Shown here piece by piece: positions 19,856 through 31,804 of a DNA stretch of 43,469 nt. The position numbers and the translations under genes were made by a program. The DNA comes from Micrococcaceae bacterium (GTDB lineage Bacteria; Actinomycetota; Actinomycetes; Actinomycetales; Micrococcaceae). The stretch lies in the NCBI GenBank assembly GCA_035475875.1, contig DATIMB010000047.1, positions 1 through 43,469 on the forward strand, given 5' to 3'. The notes beneath the pieces were generated by a model. It did no database searches, was not told the DNA's origin, and was given only the letters and a program-made list of their open reading frames with translations. The first letter of the stretch is position 1. Each line of letters begins with the position of its first letter.

Positions 19856-21865
19856 GTGGCAGATCCAGCGAGTTACCGACCCCAGACGGGTGAAATTCCG
19901 ACCAATCCGGGCGTGTACCGCTTCCGCGACCCGCACGGCCGGGTCATCTATGTCGGCAAGGCCAAGAACCTCCGCTCCCGGCTGAATTCCTACTTCGCCA
20001 ACCCCGCCGGGCTGATGCCGAAGACGTATGCGATGGTGCACACGGCCAGCAGCGTCGAATGGACGGTGGTGGGCAGCGAACTGGAGTCGCTGCAGCTGGA
20101 ATACACCTGGATCAAGGAATTCGCGCCGCGGTTCAACGTGATGTTCCGGGACGACAAGAGCTACCCGTACCTGGCGGTCACGATGGGGGAGAAGTACCCG
20201 CGCGTCCAGGTGCTGCGCGGCGACCGGCGCAAGGGGACCCGGTACTTCGGCCCCTACACGGCCGGCGCCATCCGGGACACCATGGACACCCTGCTGCGCG
20301 TGTTCCCCGTTCGCAGCTGCAGCGCGGGGGTGCTCAAACGCGCCCAGGCCAGCGGCCGGCCCTGCCTGCTCGGCTACATCGACAAATGCTCCGCACCCTG
20401 TGTCGGCCGAATCTCCGCCGAGGACCACCGGGCACTGGCCGAGGACTTCTGCTCCTTCATGGGCGGCGAGGCCAAACCGTTCGTCAACCGGCTGGAACGC
20501 GAAATGGCCGCCGCCGTGGCCGAGCTCGACTACGAGCGCGCCGCGCGCCTCCGGGACGACATCGTGGCGCTGAAAAAAGTCTTCGAACGCAACGCCGTGG
20601 TCCTCGCCGAGGGCACGGACGCCGATGTCTTCGCCCTGCACGAAGACGAGCTCGAGGCCGCCGTCCAGGTCTTCCACGTCCGCGGCGGCCGGATCCGGGG
20701 CCAGCGCGGCTGGGTCGTGGAAAAAGTCGAAGACTCCACCACGCCGGAACTGGTCGAACACCTGCTGCAGCAGGTTTACGGTGACGAGGCCGGCGTGCAA
20801 GGCCGGTTGCCCCGGGAGGTCCTCGTGCCCGCCGAACCCAGCAACGCGGCGGAACTCGCCCAATGGCTCAGCGGACTGCGCGGGGCCCGGGTGGAGGTCA
20901 GGGTGCCCCAGCGCGGGGACAAGGCAGCTCTTCTGTCCACCGTTCGGGAGAACGCGGAGCACGCCCTCAAACTCCACAAGTCCCGCCGCGCCGGAGACCT
21001 CACGATGCGTTCCCAGGCCCTGCAGGAACTCCAGGAAGCACTCGAACTCCCGGTGGCGCTGCTCCGGATCGAATGCTTCGACATTTCGCATGTCCAGGGC
21101 ACCAACATGGTCGGTTCCATGGTGGTGGTGGAGGACGGGCTGCCCAAGAAGTCCGACTACCGCAAGTTCACCGTGACGGGCGCCGCCGCCACGGACGACA
21201 CGGCGGCGATGCACGACGTTCTGACCCGCCGGTTCCGGCATTACCTCCAGGAGAAGAGCGAGCAGGCGGCTGCCGCGGCCAAACCGGCACACCAGGCCGT
21301 GCTGGAGGCCGCAACCGCCGCGGCGATCACGGACTCCACCACGCCGGCGCCGCGGAACAAATTCGCCTACCCGCCGAACCTCGTCGTCGTTGACGGCGGC
21401 AAGCCGCAGGTCAACGCCGCCGCCCGTGCCCTGGCGGAGCTGGGCATCGAGGACGTGTACGTCGTCGGCCTGGCCAAGCGGCTCGAGGAGGTCTGGCTGC
21501 CCGACAGCGACTTCCCGGTGATCCTCCCGCGCGCCTCGGCCGGCCTCTACCTGCTGCAGCGGATCCGCGACGAGGCCCACCGCTTTGCGATCACCTTCCA
21601 CCGGCAAAAGCGCGGCAAGGCCATGACGGTTTCCGCGCTGGACAGCGTGCCCGGGCTGGGCGACTCCAAACGCAAGGCCCTCCTGGCCGAGTTTGGTTCC
21701 GTCAAGGGCATCAAGGCCGCCACGGCCGAAGAACTCACCGGGGCCAAAGGCATCGGTCCGTCACTCGCCGCCGCGATCGTCCGGCACTTCACCGCCGGCG
21801 ACGGCGCGGACGCCGCCACGGTTCCGGCCGTGAACATGACCACCGGCGAAATCCTCGAAACTTAG
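19856..21865 (+). CDS. uvrC: Excinuclease ABC subunit C
   Basis: [28 protein letters not shown] domain, [22 protein letters not shown]-terminal HhH. -10 TAGACT lies 6 nt upstream. Confidence 0.99.
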   Translation: MADPASYRPQTGEIPTNPGVYRFRDPHGRVIYVGKAKNLRSRLNSYFANPAGLMPKTYAMVHTASSVEWTVVGSELESLQLEYTWIKEFAPRFNVMFRDDKSYPYLAVTMGEKYPRVQVLRGDRRKGTRYFGPYTAGAIRDTMDTLLRVFPVRSCSAGVLKRAQASGRPCLLGYIDKCSAPCVGRISAEDHRALAEDFCSFMGGEAKPFVNRLEREMAAAVAELDYERAARLRDDIVALKKVFERNAVVLAEGTDADVFALHEDELEAAVQVFHVRGGRIRGQRGWVVEKVEDSTTPELVEHLLQQVYGDEAGVQGRLPREVLVPAEPSNAAELAQWLSGLRGARVEVRVPQRGDKAALLSTVRENAEHALKLHKSRRAGDLTMRSQALQELQEALELPVALLRIECFDISHVQGTNMVGSMVVVEDGLPKKSDYRKFTVTGAAATDDTAAMHDVLTRRFRHYLQEKSEQAAAAAKPAHQAVLEAATAAAITDSTTPAPRNKFAYPPNLVVVDGGKPQVNAAARALAELGIEDVYVVGLAKRLEEVWLPDSDFPVILPRASAGLYLLQRIRDEAHRFAITFHRQKRGKAMTVSALDSVPGLGDSKRKALLAEFGSVKGIKAATAEELTGAKGIGPSLAAAIVRHFTAGDGADAATVPAVNMTTGEILET

Positions 21866-21995
21866 CTAGCTCCGCCAAATTTAGCTAGGGTAATGACTTG
21901 GGTAGCGCCATGGTGCGGCATCAACGCCGCCCGGGCGCAACTTGACCGAGCACACCGAACAAGCAGACAGCACAGGCAGAGATGGGGCTTCACTG

Positions 21996-22919
21996 ATGGC
22001 AGAGTCGACGGCAGGATCCGGGGCGGATGCGGACGGCATGACACCCGTCAAACCCGTCGAGGCGGAACTGCTGGTGGTGACCGGAATGTCGGGAGCCGGC
22101 CGGAGCACCGCCTCGGACGCCCTCGAGGACCACGGCTGGTACGTCGTGGAAAACCTCCCGCCGCAGATGCTCGGCACGCTCGCCGATCTCGTGTCGCGTA
22201 GCCCGCAGTCGATGTCCAAGCTCGCCGTCGTGATGGACGTCCGGAGCAAGGACCTGTTCGCAGATATGCGCGCCGCGCTCCGCGCCTTGGAGGCCACGGG
22301 CGTGACCTTCCGCGTGTTGTTCCTCGACGCCAACGACGGCGTCCTGGTCCGCCGCTTCGAGCAGGGCCGCCGGCCGCACCCGCTCCAGGGCGGCGGCCGG
22401 ATCCTCGACGGCATCGCCGCCGAACGCGAGTTGGTCCGTGAGCTGCAGGACACCGCCGACATCGTGCTGGACACCTCCGCCCTCAACGTCCACGGCCTCG
22501 CCACCGCCATCACGGAACTCTTCAGCGAAACCGGGCCGGTGACGCTGCGGCTGAACGTCATGAGCTTCGGTTTCAAGTACGGGCTGCCGGTCGACGCCAA
22601 CTTCGTGGCCGATGCCCGCTTCATCCCCAACCCGCACTGGGTCCCGCAGCTGCGCCCGCACACCGGCCTGGACAAGGACGTCAGCGACTTTGTGCTGGTG
22701 GAAAACCGGGCCAAGGACTTCGTGGACCGCTACGTGCACGCGCTGGAACCGGTGCTGGCCGGGTACCGGCGCGAAAACAAGCATTACGCCACCATCGCGG
22801 TCGGCTGTACCGGGGGCAAGCACCGCTCGGTCGCGGTCGCCGTCGAACTGGCTAAGCGCCTGGCGCAGCTGCCGCGCGTGACCGTCAGCACCCGCCACCG
22901 CGATCTGGGCAGAGAGTAA
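21996..22919 (+). CDS. rapZ: RNase adapter RapZ / YvcJ family P-loop protein
   Basis: [42 protein letters not shown]. Start ATG 21996 chosen (alternatives 21942, 22038). Confidence 0.95.
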   Translation: MAESTAGSGADADGMTPVKPVEAELLVVTGMSGAGRSTASDALEDHGWYVVENLPPQMLGTLADLVSRSPQSMSKLAVVMDVRSKDLFADMRAALRALEATGVTFRVLFLDANDGVLVRRFEQGRRPHPLQGGGRILDGIAAERELVRELQDTADIVLDTSALNVHGLATAITELFSETGPVTLRLNVMSFGFKYGLPVDANFVADARFIPNPHWVPQLRPHTGLDKDVSDFVLVENRAKDFVDRYVHALEPVLAGYRRENKHYATIAVGCTGGKHRSVAVAVELAKRLAQLPRVTVSTRHRDLGRE

Positions 22920-23929
22920 TGGCGCTACTGACCGGGCCGCTGCCGCTGATCCCGCCCAGCGGCAAGGCATCCGGCGGAACCGAACTGCGCGTCGCCGCGC
23001 TGGGCGGCGGCCACGGCCTGGCCGCGTCACTGTCCGCGCTGCGGCTGCTGACCTCTGAGCTGACTGCCATCGTGACGGTGGCCGATGACGGCGGCTCGTC
23101 CGGACGGCTGCGCACCGAACTGGGGGTGCTCCCGCCGGGGGACCTGCGGATGGCCCTCGCCGCACTGTGCGACGACACCGATTGGGGGCGGACCTGGCGG
23201 GATGTGATGCAGCACCGCTTCGTCTCCCGCAACGGCGCGGCCGGATCGCTGGACAACCATGCCATGGGCAACCTGCTGATCGTCACGCTCTGGGAGCTGC
23301 TGGGCGACCCGGTGGCCGGACTGCAGTGGGCGGGGGCGCTGCTGGGCGCCCGCGGGGCGGTGCTGCCGATGGCCAGCGTTCCGTTGACGATCGAGGGGCA
23401 GGTCCGGCACCGGCAGCCGGACGGTTCCGAAAGCAGCCGGACCATCCGCGGCCAGGCCGCGCTGGCGAGGGCGGGCCAGGTGGAGAACGTCCGGCTGCTG
23501 CCCGAGGCGGCCCCGGCCTGCGTGGAGGCGCTCACCGCCATCGAACTGGCGGACTGGGTGATCCTGGGCCCCGGATCCTGGTACACCTCCGTGCTGCCGC
23601 ACCTGCTGCTGCCCGAACTGCGGCAGGCCCTGTGTGCCACCCCGGCCAAACGCTGCCTGACCATGAACCTGGACAGCAATGACAAGGAGTCGGCCGGGAT
23701 GAGCGCGGCGGACCATCTGCACGTCATCTCCCGCTACGCGCCCGAATTCGGCGTGGACGTGGTGCTGGCGGATCCGTCCGCCGTTCCGGACCTGGCAGAG
23801 TTCGAGCACGCCGCCTCGATGATCGGGGCCGAGGTTGTCTTCGGTAAGGTAGGTGGGTCCGGCGGACGCGCGGTGCATGATCCCTTGCGCCTGGCCGCGG
23901 CGTATCACGATATTTTTGGGGCCAGTTAG
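22919..23929 (+). CDS. yvcK: YvcK/CuvA (UPF0052, CofD-like) UDP-GlcNAc-binding protein
   Basis: [42 protein letters not shown]; rapZ-yvcK-whiA synteny. Confidence 0.95.
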   Translation: MALLTGPLPLIPPSGKASGGTELRVAALGGGHGLAASLSALRLLTSELTAIVTVADDGGSSGRLRTELGVLPPGDLRMALAALCDDTDWGRTWRDVMQHRFVSRNGAAGSLDNHAMGNLLIVTLWELLGDPVAGLQWAGALLGARGAVLPMASVPLTIEGQVRHRQPDGSESSRTIRGQAALARAGQVENVRLLPEAAPACVEALTAIELADWVILGPGSWYTSVLPHLLLPELRQALCATPAKRCLTMNLDSNDKESAGMSAADHLHVISRYAPEFGVDVVLADPSAVPDLAEFEHAASMIGAEVVFGKVGGSGGRAVHDPLRLAAAYHDIFGAS

Positions 23930-23970
23930 ATGGCGGGCAATCATTCGGGGGGCACAGTGAGGATGGCAGG

Positions 23971-24951
23971 ATGGCGCTGACAGCGGCAGTCAAGGAAGAA
24001 CTTTCCCGGCTGGAGATCAAAAAATCGTCTGTGCGCAAGGCCGAGGTGTCCGCCATGCTGCGCTTCGCCGGCGGGCTGCATATCATTTCCGGCCGGATTG
24101 TGATCGAGGCGGAAGTGGACCTGGCCTCCACCGCGCGCCGGCTGCGGGCGGCCATCGCGGAAATCTACGGCCACCGCAGCGAAATAGTCGTCGTTTCCGG
24201 CGGCGGACTGCGCCGCGGCAACCGCTATGTGGTGCGGGTGGTGCGCGACGGCGAGGCGCTGGCCCGGCAGACCGGCCTGCTGGATGCGCGGGGCCGGCCG
24301 GTGCGCGGCCTGCCGTCCGTCGTCGTCAACGGGTCCGCCGCTGATGCCGAGGCGGTGTGGCGGGGCGCCTTCCTCTCGCACGGATCCCTGACCGAACCGG
24401 GCCGGTCCTCCGCACTGGAGGTGACCTGTCCGGGGCCCGAATCCGCGCTGGCCCTGGTCGGCGCGGCCCGCCGGCTGGACATTGCCGCCAAGGCCCGCGA
24501 GGTCCGCGGCGTGGACCGGGTGGTCATCCGGGATGGGGACACCATCGCCGCGCTGCTGACGCGGATGGGCGCGCACGAGGCGCTGCTGGTGTGGGAGGAA
24601 CGGCGGATGCGCAAGGAAGTCCGTGCCACCGCGAACCGGCTGGCCAACTTCGACGACGCCAACCTGCGCCGTTCCGCGCAGGCGGCTGTGGCGGCCGGAG
24701 CCAGGGTGGACCGGGCGCTTGAAATCCTGGGCGAGGAGGTTCCCGAGCACCTGCGCTATGCCGGGGAACTGCGGGTGGCGCACAAGCAGGCCAGCCTGGA
24801 CGAGCTGGGACGGCTGGCGGACCCGCCCATGACCAAGGACGCCATTGCCGGCCGGATCCGGCGGCTGCTGGCAATGGCGGACAAGAAGGCAGGCGAACTC
24901 GGCATTCCGGACACCGAGGCCAATGTGACCTTTGAAATGCTGGACGAATAG
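23971..24951 (+). CDS. whiA: DNA-binding protein WhiA
   Basis: [42 protein letters not shown]. Confidence 0.98.
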   Translation: MALTAAVKEELSRLEIKKSSVRKAEVSAMLRFAGGLHIISGRIVIEAEVDLASTARRLRAAIAEIYGHRSEIVVVSGGGLRRGNRYVVRVVRDGEALARQTGLLDARGRPVRGLPSVVVNGSAADAEAVWRGAFLSHGSLTEPGRSSALEVTCPGPESALALVGAARRLDIAAKAREVRGVDRVVIRDGDTIAALLTRMGAHEALLVWEERRMRKEVRATANRLANFDDANLRRSAQAAVAAGARVDRALEILGEEVPEHLRYAGELRVAHKQASLDELGRLADPPMTKDAIAGRIRRLLAMADKKAGELGIPDTEANVTFEMLDE

Positions 24952-25021
24952 CAGCACTATCGGCAGCGTCCTAGGATGAAGTCGTAGGAACGAAAAGCAC
25001 ATCAATCGCTATGGAGGAACC

Positions 25022-25645
25022 GTGACCGAGTACACACTTCCCGATCTGCCTTATGACTACGCGGCGCTGGAGCCCCACATCTCCGCGCGCATCATGGAAC
25101 TGCACCATGACAAGCACCATGCCGCATACGTGGCCGGCGCCAACAAGGCCCTGGCCCAGCTGGCCGAGGCCCGCCAGAAGGGCGACTTCGCCAACATCAA
25201 CCAGCTCTCCAAGGACCTGGCCTTCCACACCGGCGGCAACACCAACCACACGATCTTCTGGAACAACCTCTCCCCGGACGGCGGCGACAAGCCCGAGGGC
25301 GAGCTGGCTGCCGCGATCGACGACGCTTTCGGTTCCTTTGATGCCTTCCGCGCGCAGTTCACGGCGGCGGCACTGGGCCTGCAGGGTTCCGGCTGGGCCT
25401 TCCTGGCCTATGAGCCGGTGGGCGGCAACCTCGTGGTCGAGCAGCTGTACGACCAGCAGGGCAACGTCGCCGTCGGCACCACCCCGCTGCTGATGCTGGA
25501 CATGTGGGAGCACGCTTTCTACCTGGACTACGTCAATGTCAAGGCCGACTACGTGAAGGCCTTCTGGAATATCGCCAACTGGGCAGATGTGGCCCGCCGC
25601 TTTGACGCGGCCCGCGCCAACGCCGCCGGCCTGATCCTGCTCTAG
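25022..25645 (+). CDS. sodA: Superoxide dismutase [Mn/Fe]
   Basis: [28 protein letters not shown] and DMWEHAFY signature. GGAGGA RBS; -10 TAGGAT at 24972-24977. Confidence 0.98.
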   Translation: MTEYTLPDLPYDYAALEPHISARIMELHHDKHHAAYVAGANKALAQLAEARQKGDFANINQLSKDLAFHTGGNTNHTIFWNNLSPDGGDKPEGELAAAIDDAFGSFDAFRAQFTAAALGLQGSGWAFLAYEPVGGNLVVEQLYDQQGNVAVGTTPLLMLDMWEHAFYLDYVNVKADYVKAFWNIANWADVARRFDAARANAAGLILL

Positions 25646-25700
25646 CAGGGGAGCCGGCACGGTGCCGGCAGGTCCCTGTCCGGGCTCCACATTACGGACA

Positions 25701-25728
25701 GCCCGCCCCTGCCGTTGCGGGGGCGGGC
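25701..25728 (+). terminator. Hairpin downstream of sodA
   Basis: GCCCGCCCCTGC-cgtt-GCGGGGGCGGGC. A second inverted repeat GCCGGCAC-g-GTGCCGGC lies at 25653-25669. Confidence 0.5.
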
Positions 25729-25850
25729 CGCCATAAACGTAAGATGGATCACGGAAACGCTGCAACAATCGCAATTCCGCCATCGCAATTCACCATCTCT
25801 GCCCAAAGGCGTGCGGGAAACCGTTAGTTGGCCATCAAGGACTAACTTGA

Positions 25851-26903
<1,053 letters not shown>

Positions 26904-26924
26904 GGGTCGGCTAGGGTAGAAAAC

Positions 26925-28160
26925 ATGACTTCCCACACCCTCGACGAACTGATCGCTGAAGGTGTCCGCGGGCGGTACGTTCTGGTCCGAAGCGACCTTA
27001 ACGTGCCGCTCGACGGCGCTACGGTGACCGACGACGGCCGCATCAGGGCCTCCCTTCCCGTCATCGCCCGGCTGGCCGATGCCGGCGCCCGGGTGCTGGT
27101 CTGCGCCCATCTGGGCCGGCCCAAGGGCAGCCCCGACCCGAAGTACTCGCTGCGCCCCGCCGTCGACCGGATGGCGGAACTGGCCGGCGCCAAGGTCAGC
27201 CTGGCCGAGGACACGGCTGGTTCTTCTGCCCGCAAACTTGCTGCCGACCTGGGCGAGGGCGAGGTGCTGGTGCTGGAGAACGTGCGGTTCGACGGCCGTG
27301 AGACCAGCAAGGACGACGCCGACCGCGGAGCCTTTGCGGACGAGCTGGTGGCCCTGACCGGGGAAAACGGCGCCTACGTGGACGACGCCTTCGGCGCCGT
27401 GCACCGCAAGCATGCCAGCGTCTTCGACGTGGCCCGCCGGCTGCCCTCCTACCAGGGCGACCTGGTGCGCACCGAACTGGAGGTGCTGCAGAAGCTGACC
27501 GCGGAGCCCGAGCGGCCCTACGTCGTGGTGCTGGGCGGGTCCAAGGTTTCGGACAAGCTCGCGGTGATCGACAACCTGATCGGCAAGGCGGACACCATCC
27601 TGGTGGGCGGCGGCATGCTTTTCACCTTCCTGGCGGCGCAGGGCCAAAAGGTGGGCGCGAGCCTGCTGGAGCAGGACCAGATCCCGGCGGTCAAGGACTA
27701 CCTGGCCCGGGCCGCGGCCGCGGGAACCCGCTTTGTCCTGCCCACCGACGTGGTGGTCGCGGAGAAGTTCGCAGCCGATGCCGCGCACGAAACCGTTCCG
27801 GCCGGTGCCATTGAGGACAGCTCCTTCGGAGCTGCCGGGATCGGGCTGGATATCGGTCCGCAGACCGCCGAGGCGTTCGGCCAGGAGATCCTCGCGGCCA
27901 GGACCGCGTTCTGGAATGGGCCGATGGGCGTCTTCGAGTTCCCTGCCTTCGCCGAAGGAACCCGTGCCGTCGCGGCGGCCCTGGCACAGACCACGGCAGC
28001 CGGCGGTTTCACCGTGGTGGGCGGCGGAGATTCCGCGGCTGCGGTGCGTACCCTGGGGTTCAAGGACAGCGAATTCAGCCACATTTCCACCGGCGGCGGG
28101 GCCAGCCTGGAGTTCCTGGAAGGCAAGGAACTGCCTGGCCTGACCGCCCTGGAGCGGTAA
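26925..28160 (+). CDS. pgk: Phosphoglycerate kinase
   Basis: [48 protein letters not shown]. Confidence 0.99.
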   Translation: MTSHTLDELIAEGVRGRYVLVRSDLNVPLDGATVTDDGRIRASLPVIARLADAGARVLVCAHLGRPKGSPDPKYSLRPAVDRMAELAGAKVSLAEDTAGSSARKLAADLGEGEVLVLENVRFDGRETSKDDADRGAFADELVALTGENGAYVDDAFGAVHRKHASVFDVARRLPSYQGDLVRTELEVLQKLTAEPERPYVVVLGGSKVSDKLAVIDNLIGKADTILVGGGMLFTFLAAQGQKVGASLLEQDQIPAVKDYLARAAAAGTRFVLPTDVVVAEKFAADAAHETVPAGAIEDSSFGAAGIGLDIGPQTAEAFGQEILAARTAFWNGPMGVFEFPAFAEGTRAVAAALAQTTAAGGFTVVGGGDSAAAVRTLGFKDSEFSHISTGGGASLEFLEGKELPGLTALER

Positions 28161-28208
28161 AGCCGGGCGGGCCAGTACCACGCATACGCAGTTCCCGCAT
28201 ACGCAGCA

Positions 28209-28239
28209 CCGCCGGACCGGCACCGCACCGGTCCGGCGG
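28209..28239 (+). other. Intercistronic 12-bp hairpin between pgk and tpiA, preceded by a CGCATACGCAG duplication (28181-28206)
   Basis: CCGCCGGACCGG-caccgca-CCGGTCCGGCGG. Confidence 0.7.
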
Positions 28240-28306
28240 ACCGGCCGGATTGGCGGCACCATGCCTTCCGGCAACCATCAGACGAAACCGCAGACCCTGG
28301 AGTGCA

Positions 28307-29122
28307 ATGACAACCTCGACCAACGGCAAGTTCGACCGCAGGCCGCTGATTGCCGGCAACTGGAAGATGAACATGGACCATGTCCAGGCCATCACCTTGC
28401 TGCAGAAGCTGGCCTGGACCCTGGAGGACGCCAGGCACGACTTCAACCGGGTGGAGGTGGCCGTCTTCCCACCGTTTACCGACCTGCGCGGCGTGCAGAC
28501 CCTGGTGCAGGGCGACAAACTTGAGGTCCTATACGGCGGCCAGGACCTCTCTCCGGAGGACTCGGGCGCATACACCGGGGACATCTCCGGGGTATTCCTG
28601 GCCAAGCTGGGCTGCAGCTACGTCCTGGTGGGGCACAGTGAACGGCGGACCATCCACGGCGAGGGCGACGAACTGCTCAACGCCAAGCTCAAGGCGGCCT
28701 ATCGGAATTCCCTCACACCGGTGCTCTGCGTCGGCGAGGGCCTGGAAATCCGGCAGGCGGGCACCCATGTGGACCACACCCTGGCGCAGCTGCGCGGGGG
28801 CGTCGCGGGCCTGACCGAGGAGCAGGCCGGCGAACTGGTGGTCGCGTACGAGCCTGTCTGGGCGATCGGTACCGGAGAGGTGGCCGGCCCGCAGGACGCC
28901 CAGGAAATGTGCGCCGCCATCCGTGCCGAACTGGCGAACCTGTTCGACGGCGAAACGGCCGCACGCGTCCGGCTGCTGTACGGTGGTTCAGTCAAGGCCG
29001 CAAATGTGGCCGCGATCCTGAACGAACGGGACGTGGACGGCGTGCTGGTGGGTGGCGCCAGCCTGGACGCGGCGGAGTTTGCTAATATTGTCAGGTTCGA
29101 GAAACATCTGGTGACGGGCTGA
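28307..29122 (+). CDS. tpiA: Triosephosphate isomerase
   Basis: [39 protein letters not shown] 28307 follows GGAG. Confidence 0.99.
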   Translation: MTTSTNGKFDRRPLIAGNWKMNMDHVQAITLLQKLAWTLEDARHDFNRVEVAVFPPFTDLRGVQTLVQGDKLEVLYGGQDLSPEDSGAYTGDISGVFLAKLGCSYVLVGHSERRTIHGEGDELLNAKLKAAYRNSLTPVLCVGEGLEIRQAGTHVDHTLAQLRGGVAGLTEEQAGELVVAYEPVWAIGTGEVAGPQDAQEMCAAIRAELANLFDGETAARVRLLYGGSVKAANVAAILNERDVDGVLVGGASLDAAEFANIVRFEKHLVTG

Positions 29123-29176
29123 CCCCTGCATACCCGCTGACCTACCGTGTATGAAATACCCCGCTGAAAGGCCGTC

Positions 29177-29428
29177 GTGGAAGTTCTACAAATCGTGCTG
29201 CAGATCCTGCTCGGGATCACCAGCCTGCTGCTGACCCTGCTTATCTTGCTGCACAAGGGCCGCGGCGGAGGACTCTCGGACATGTTCGGCGGAGGCATGA
29301 GTTCCAGCCTGGGTTCTTCAGGCGTGGCTGAGCGCAACCTCAACCGGTTCACCATCATCCTGGGCGTCATTTGGGGCCTGGTCATCATCGGATTGGGTCT
29401 GTTGATGCGCTTTGCCGGTCAGTCCTGA
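29177..29428 (+). CDS. secG: Preprotein translocase subunit SecG
   Basis: LILLHKGRGGGLSDMFGGG..SSGVAERNLNRFT; two TM segments; follows tpiA. Confidence 0.97.
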   Translation: MEVLQIVLQILLGITSLLLTLLILLHKGRGGGLSDMFGGGMSSSLGSSGVAERNLNRFTIILGVIWGLVIIGLGLLMRFAGQS

Positions 29429-29517
29429 AAAAATCCCGGCAGCCCTCGGGTATCCGCGCGGGCAGTTGTAAACTTTAGGCAGCAGTGGTTTTCCCCTCGA
29501 CTGCAGGGAGTTCTACG

Positions 29518-29889
29518 ATGCCTCATATCAGTGGCGGTTTCCGCGGCACCAGAGCCGGTGCGGCTGTAGGAGCGCCAACATCCGTGCAAAGCGAAAATCC
29601 GGATGCGGAGCCTGTGCCCCGCATCCGGATTTCCTATTGGTGCAACAACGGGCACGAGACGGCGCTGGTGTTCGCGCAGTTGCCCCACGTGCAGATACCC
29701 GACGGTTGGGACTGCATGCGCTGTGGCATGCCGGCCGCCCGGACGCCTGGCGGCGTGGTGGCGGACCCGCCAGGGGAGCCGTTCAAGAGCCATCTGGAGT
29801 ACGTCAAGGAGCGCCGCTCCAACGCCGAGGCGGAGCAGCTGCTGAACAACGCGCTGGCCAAGCTCCGGCACAGCCACCAGATGGACTGA
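29518..29889 (+). CDS. rbpA: RNA polymerase-binding protein RbpA
   Basis: FRGTR N-terminal tail, PRIRISYWCNNGH...WDCMRCG zinc ligands, KSHLEYVKERRS..E.E.LL sigma-interaction domain. ATG 29518 follows GGGAG; -10 TAAACT at 29469-29474. Confidence 0.9.
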   Translation: MPHISGGFRGTRAGAAVGAPTSVQSENPDAEPVPRIRISYWCNNGHETALVFAQLPHVQIPDGWDCMRCGMPAARTPGGVVADPPGEPFKSHLEYVKERRSNAEAEQLLNNALAKLRHSHQMD

Positions 29890-29925
29890 TCCCGCGCTAC
29901 CGCCCCAATGCAGCACCCCTCACCC

Positions 29926-29990
29926 CCGTTGAGTGTGGAGATCTGCCCCTAAAGTTTGGAGTTTTGGGGGCAGATCTCCACACTCAACGG
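29926..29990. repeat. Long perfect inverted repeat (24-bp arms), REP/MITE-like, between convergent rbpA and pgl
   Basis: CCGTTGAGTGTGGAGATCTGCCCC (29926-29949) / GGGGCAGATCTCCACACTCAACGG (29967-29990), extendable through taaag/ttttg. Confidence 0.9.
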
Positions 29991-29996
29991 CAGGAG

Positions 29997-30869
29997 TCAG
30001 CGGTCCTGGCGGACGATCAGCTGTTCCGGGACCTTGGCGGCCGCGTCCTGGTCCAACAGCCAGAGGGTCTTCACCCGGCCCTGCGGCCCCGCTGCGGGGA
30101 CCTGCACCGGATTGGCGCCGGCAAGTGCCAGTCCCACCGCGCCGGCCTTGTCGTCCCCGGCGGCGACGAGCCAGATTTCCTGCGCCGAGTTAATCGCCGG
30201 CAGCGTCAGCGACGTCCGCTGCGGCGGGGGCTTGGGGGAGTCGGTGAGCCCGACGACGGCGGTGTCCTTGGCGCGGATGCCCGCCATCTCGGGAAAAAGC
30301 GAAGCGATGTGCGCATCCGGTCCGATGCCCAGCAGCAGGACATCGAAGCGCGGGAGGTCCAGGGCCGCACCCGCGCCGTTTACGGACCCGGCGCTGATGC
30401 CGCCCTCAGTGCCGACGCTCCCATCGGCTGCGCCGTCGTCGGCTTCGTCGCTGCGCATGCGTTCCTCCTGGGCAGCTGCAGCCAACTGGGCGGTGTAGTC
30501 CGCGGCGGCGGCGTCGACGTCGTCGAACCGGTCCGCCGCACCCATCTGGTGGATCCGTGCCGGGTCGGTACCCACCTGGGTCAGCAGGGCCTCCGCGGCC
30601 TGCCGGGCGTTCCGGTCGGGGGAGTCCGAGGCGACGAAGCGTTCGTCGCCCCACCAGAAGTTGACCTTTGACCAGTCCACCGCGGGACAGGCCGGCGACT
30701 CCACCACCGCCTTGAGCGTGGCGATGCCCACCGTGCCGCCGGTGAGGACCACCGTCGCCTCACCGCGCTCGTTCTGCACATCCAGCAGTTTGGTGATCAG
30801 CCGGGCGGCCGTGGTGGCGGCGAGCACGTCGAAGGACGGGTGGATATTGATCCGCACGTTGGCACTCAT
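29997..30869 (-). CDS. pgl: 6-phosphogluconolactonase
   Basis: VLTGGTVG, WWGDERFV, LLGIGPDAHIASLFP, SPKPPPQR, WLLDQDAA. Confidence 0.96.
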   Translation of the reverse strand: MSANVRINIHPSFDVLAATTAARLITKLLDVQNERGEATVVLTGGTVGIATLKAVVESPACPAVDWSKVNFWWGDERFVASDSPDRNARQAAEALLTQVGTDPARIHQMGAADRFDDVDAAAADYTAQLAAAAQEERMRSDEADDGAADGSVGTEGGISAGSVNGAGAALDLPRFDVLLLGIGPDAHIASLFPEMAGIRAKDTAVVGLTDSPKPPPQRTSLTLPAINSAQEIWLVAAGDDKAGAVGLALAGANPVQVPAAGPQGRVKTLWLLDQDAAAKVPEQLIVRQDR

Positions 30870-31804
30870 ACGATTGCTGCCTCTTTCTCGGCCAGCAGCC
30901 TGGCCAGCCCATCGGTGATGACCTCGCCGAACACCTCATCCGGATCCAGCCGGCGCAGTTCCTCGGAGAGACAGTCCTGCAACGAGCGGCGCGGTAGCGC
31001 AATCCGCTGCGATGGCTGGCCGGGCTGTGTCAGCGTTGCCTCGACGGTGCCGGGCCGGACCAGCTCCACATTCCCGCTGGGCCGCTCCATCACCACGCGC
31101 CGGATACCCGTGCCCGCCGGATCCTCGGTCACGGTGATCGGTGCCTGCAGGGCCTTGTGCAGCCAGGCGGCCAGCAGCAGGGTGCTGGGGGAGTCGCTGG
31201 CCCCCTCCACCTTCAACCCGGTCACCGGTTCCGGATCCAGCTGGTCCAGCACGGCGGCCAACTGGATCCGCCAATTGGTCAGCCGCGTCCAAGCCAGGTC
31301 GGTGTCCCCTTCGGCGTAGGTGGCGCTGATGTGCTCCAGCGCGGCCCGCGGATCCGGTTCGTTGGCGGAGTCGGTGATCCGGCGGTGCGCAATGCGCCCG
31401 ATCGGGGTCGCCGAGGCCTTCTCCGGCATGCCGTGCGGCCACCAGGCCACGATCGGGGCGTCCGGCAGCAGCAGGGCAGAAACCAGGGATTCGCTTTGCG
31501 TGGCCAGCTCGCCGAAGCCGCGCAGCACAATGACCTCGGAGGCTCCCGCGTCCCCGCCCACCCGGATCTGCGCGTCCAGCCGGGTCTCCTGATCGCGGGA
31601 GGCCTCGCCAAGGACAATGATGCGGCAGGGATGCTCACGGCTGGCCAGGTTCGCGGCCTCGATGGCCTCCTCCTCGAAGCCGCCCTTGGTGATGACCACC
31701 AGGGTCAGCACCCGGCCCAGCGTGACCACGCCGCCCTGCTCGCGCATGGACATGATCTTCTTGGTGACCTTGGAGGTGGTGGTGTTGGGCAGATTGACTA
31801 TCAC
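30866..31804 (-). CDS. opcA: Glucose-6-phosphate dehydrogenase assembly protein OpcA
   Basis: GRVLTLVV, ASREHPCRII, LLLPDAPIVAWWP, GDTDLAWTRLT.WR, EELRRLDPDEVF; lies between zwf and pgl. Confidence 0.96.
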   Translation of the reverse strand: MIVNLPNTTTSKVTKKIMSMREQGGVVTLGRVLTLVVITKGGFEEEAIEAANLASREHPCRIIVLGEASRDQETRLDAQIRVGGDAGASEVIVLRGFGELATQSESLVSALLLPDAPIVAWWPHGMPEKASATPIGRIAHRRITDSANEPDPRAALEHISATYAEGDTDLAWTRLTNWRIQLAAVLDQLDPEPVTGLKVEGASDSPSTLLLAAWLHKALQAPITVTEDPAGTGIRRVVMERPSGNVELVRPGTVEATLTQPGQPSQRIALPRRSLQDCLSEELRRLDPDEVFGEVITDGLARLLAEKEAAIV

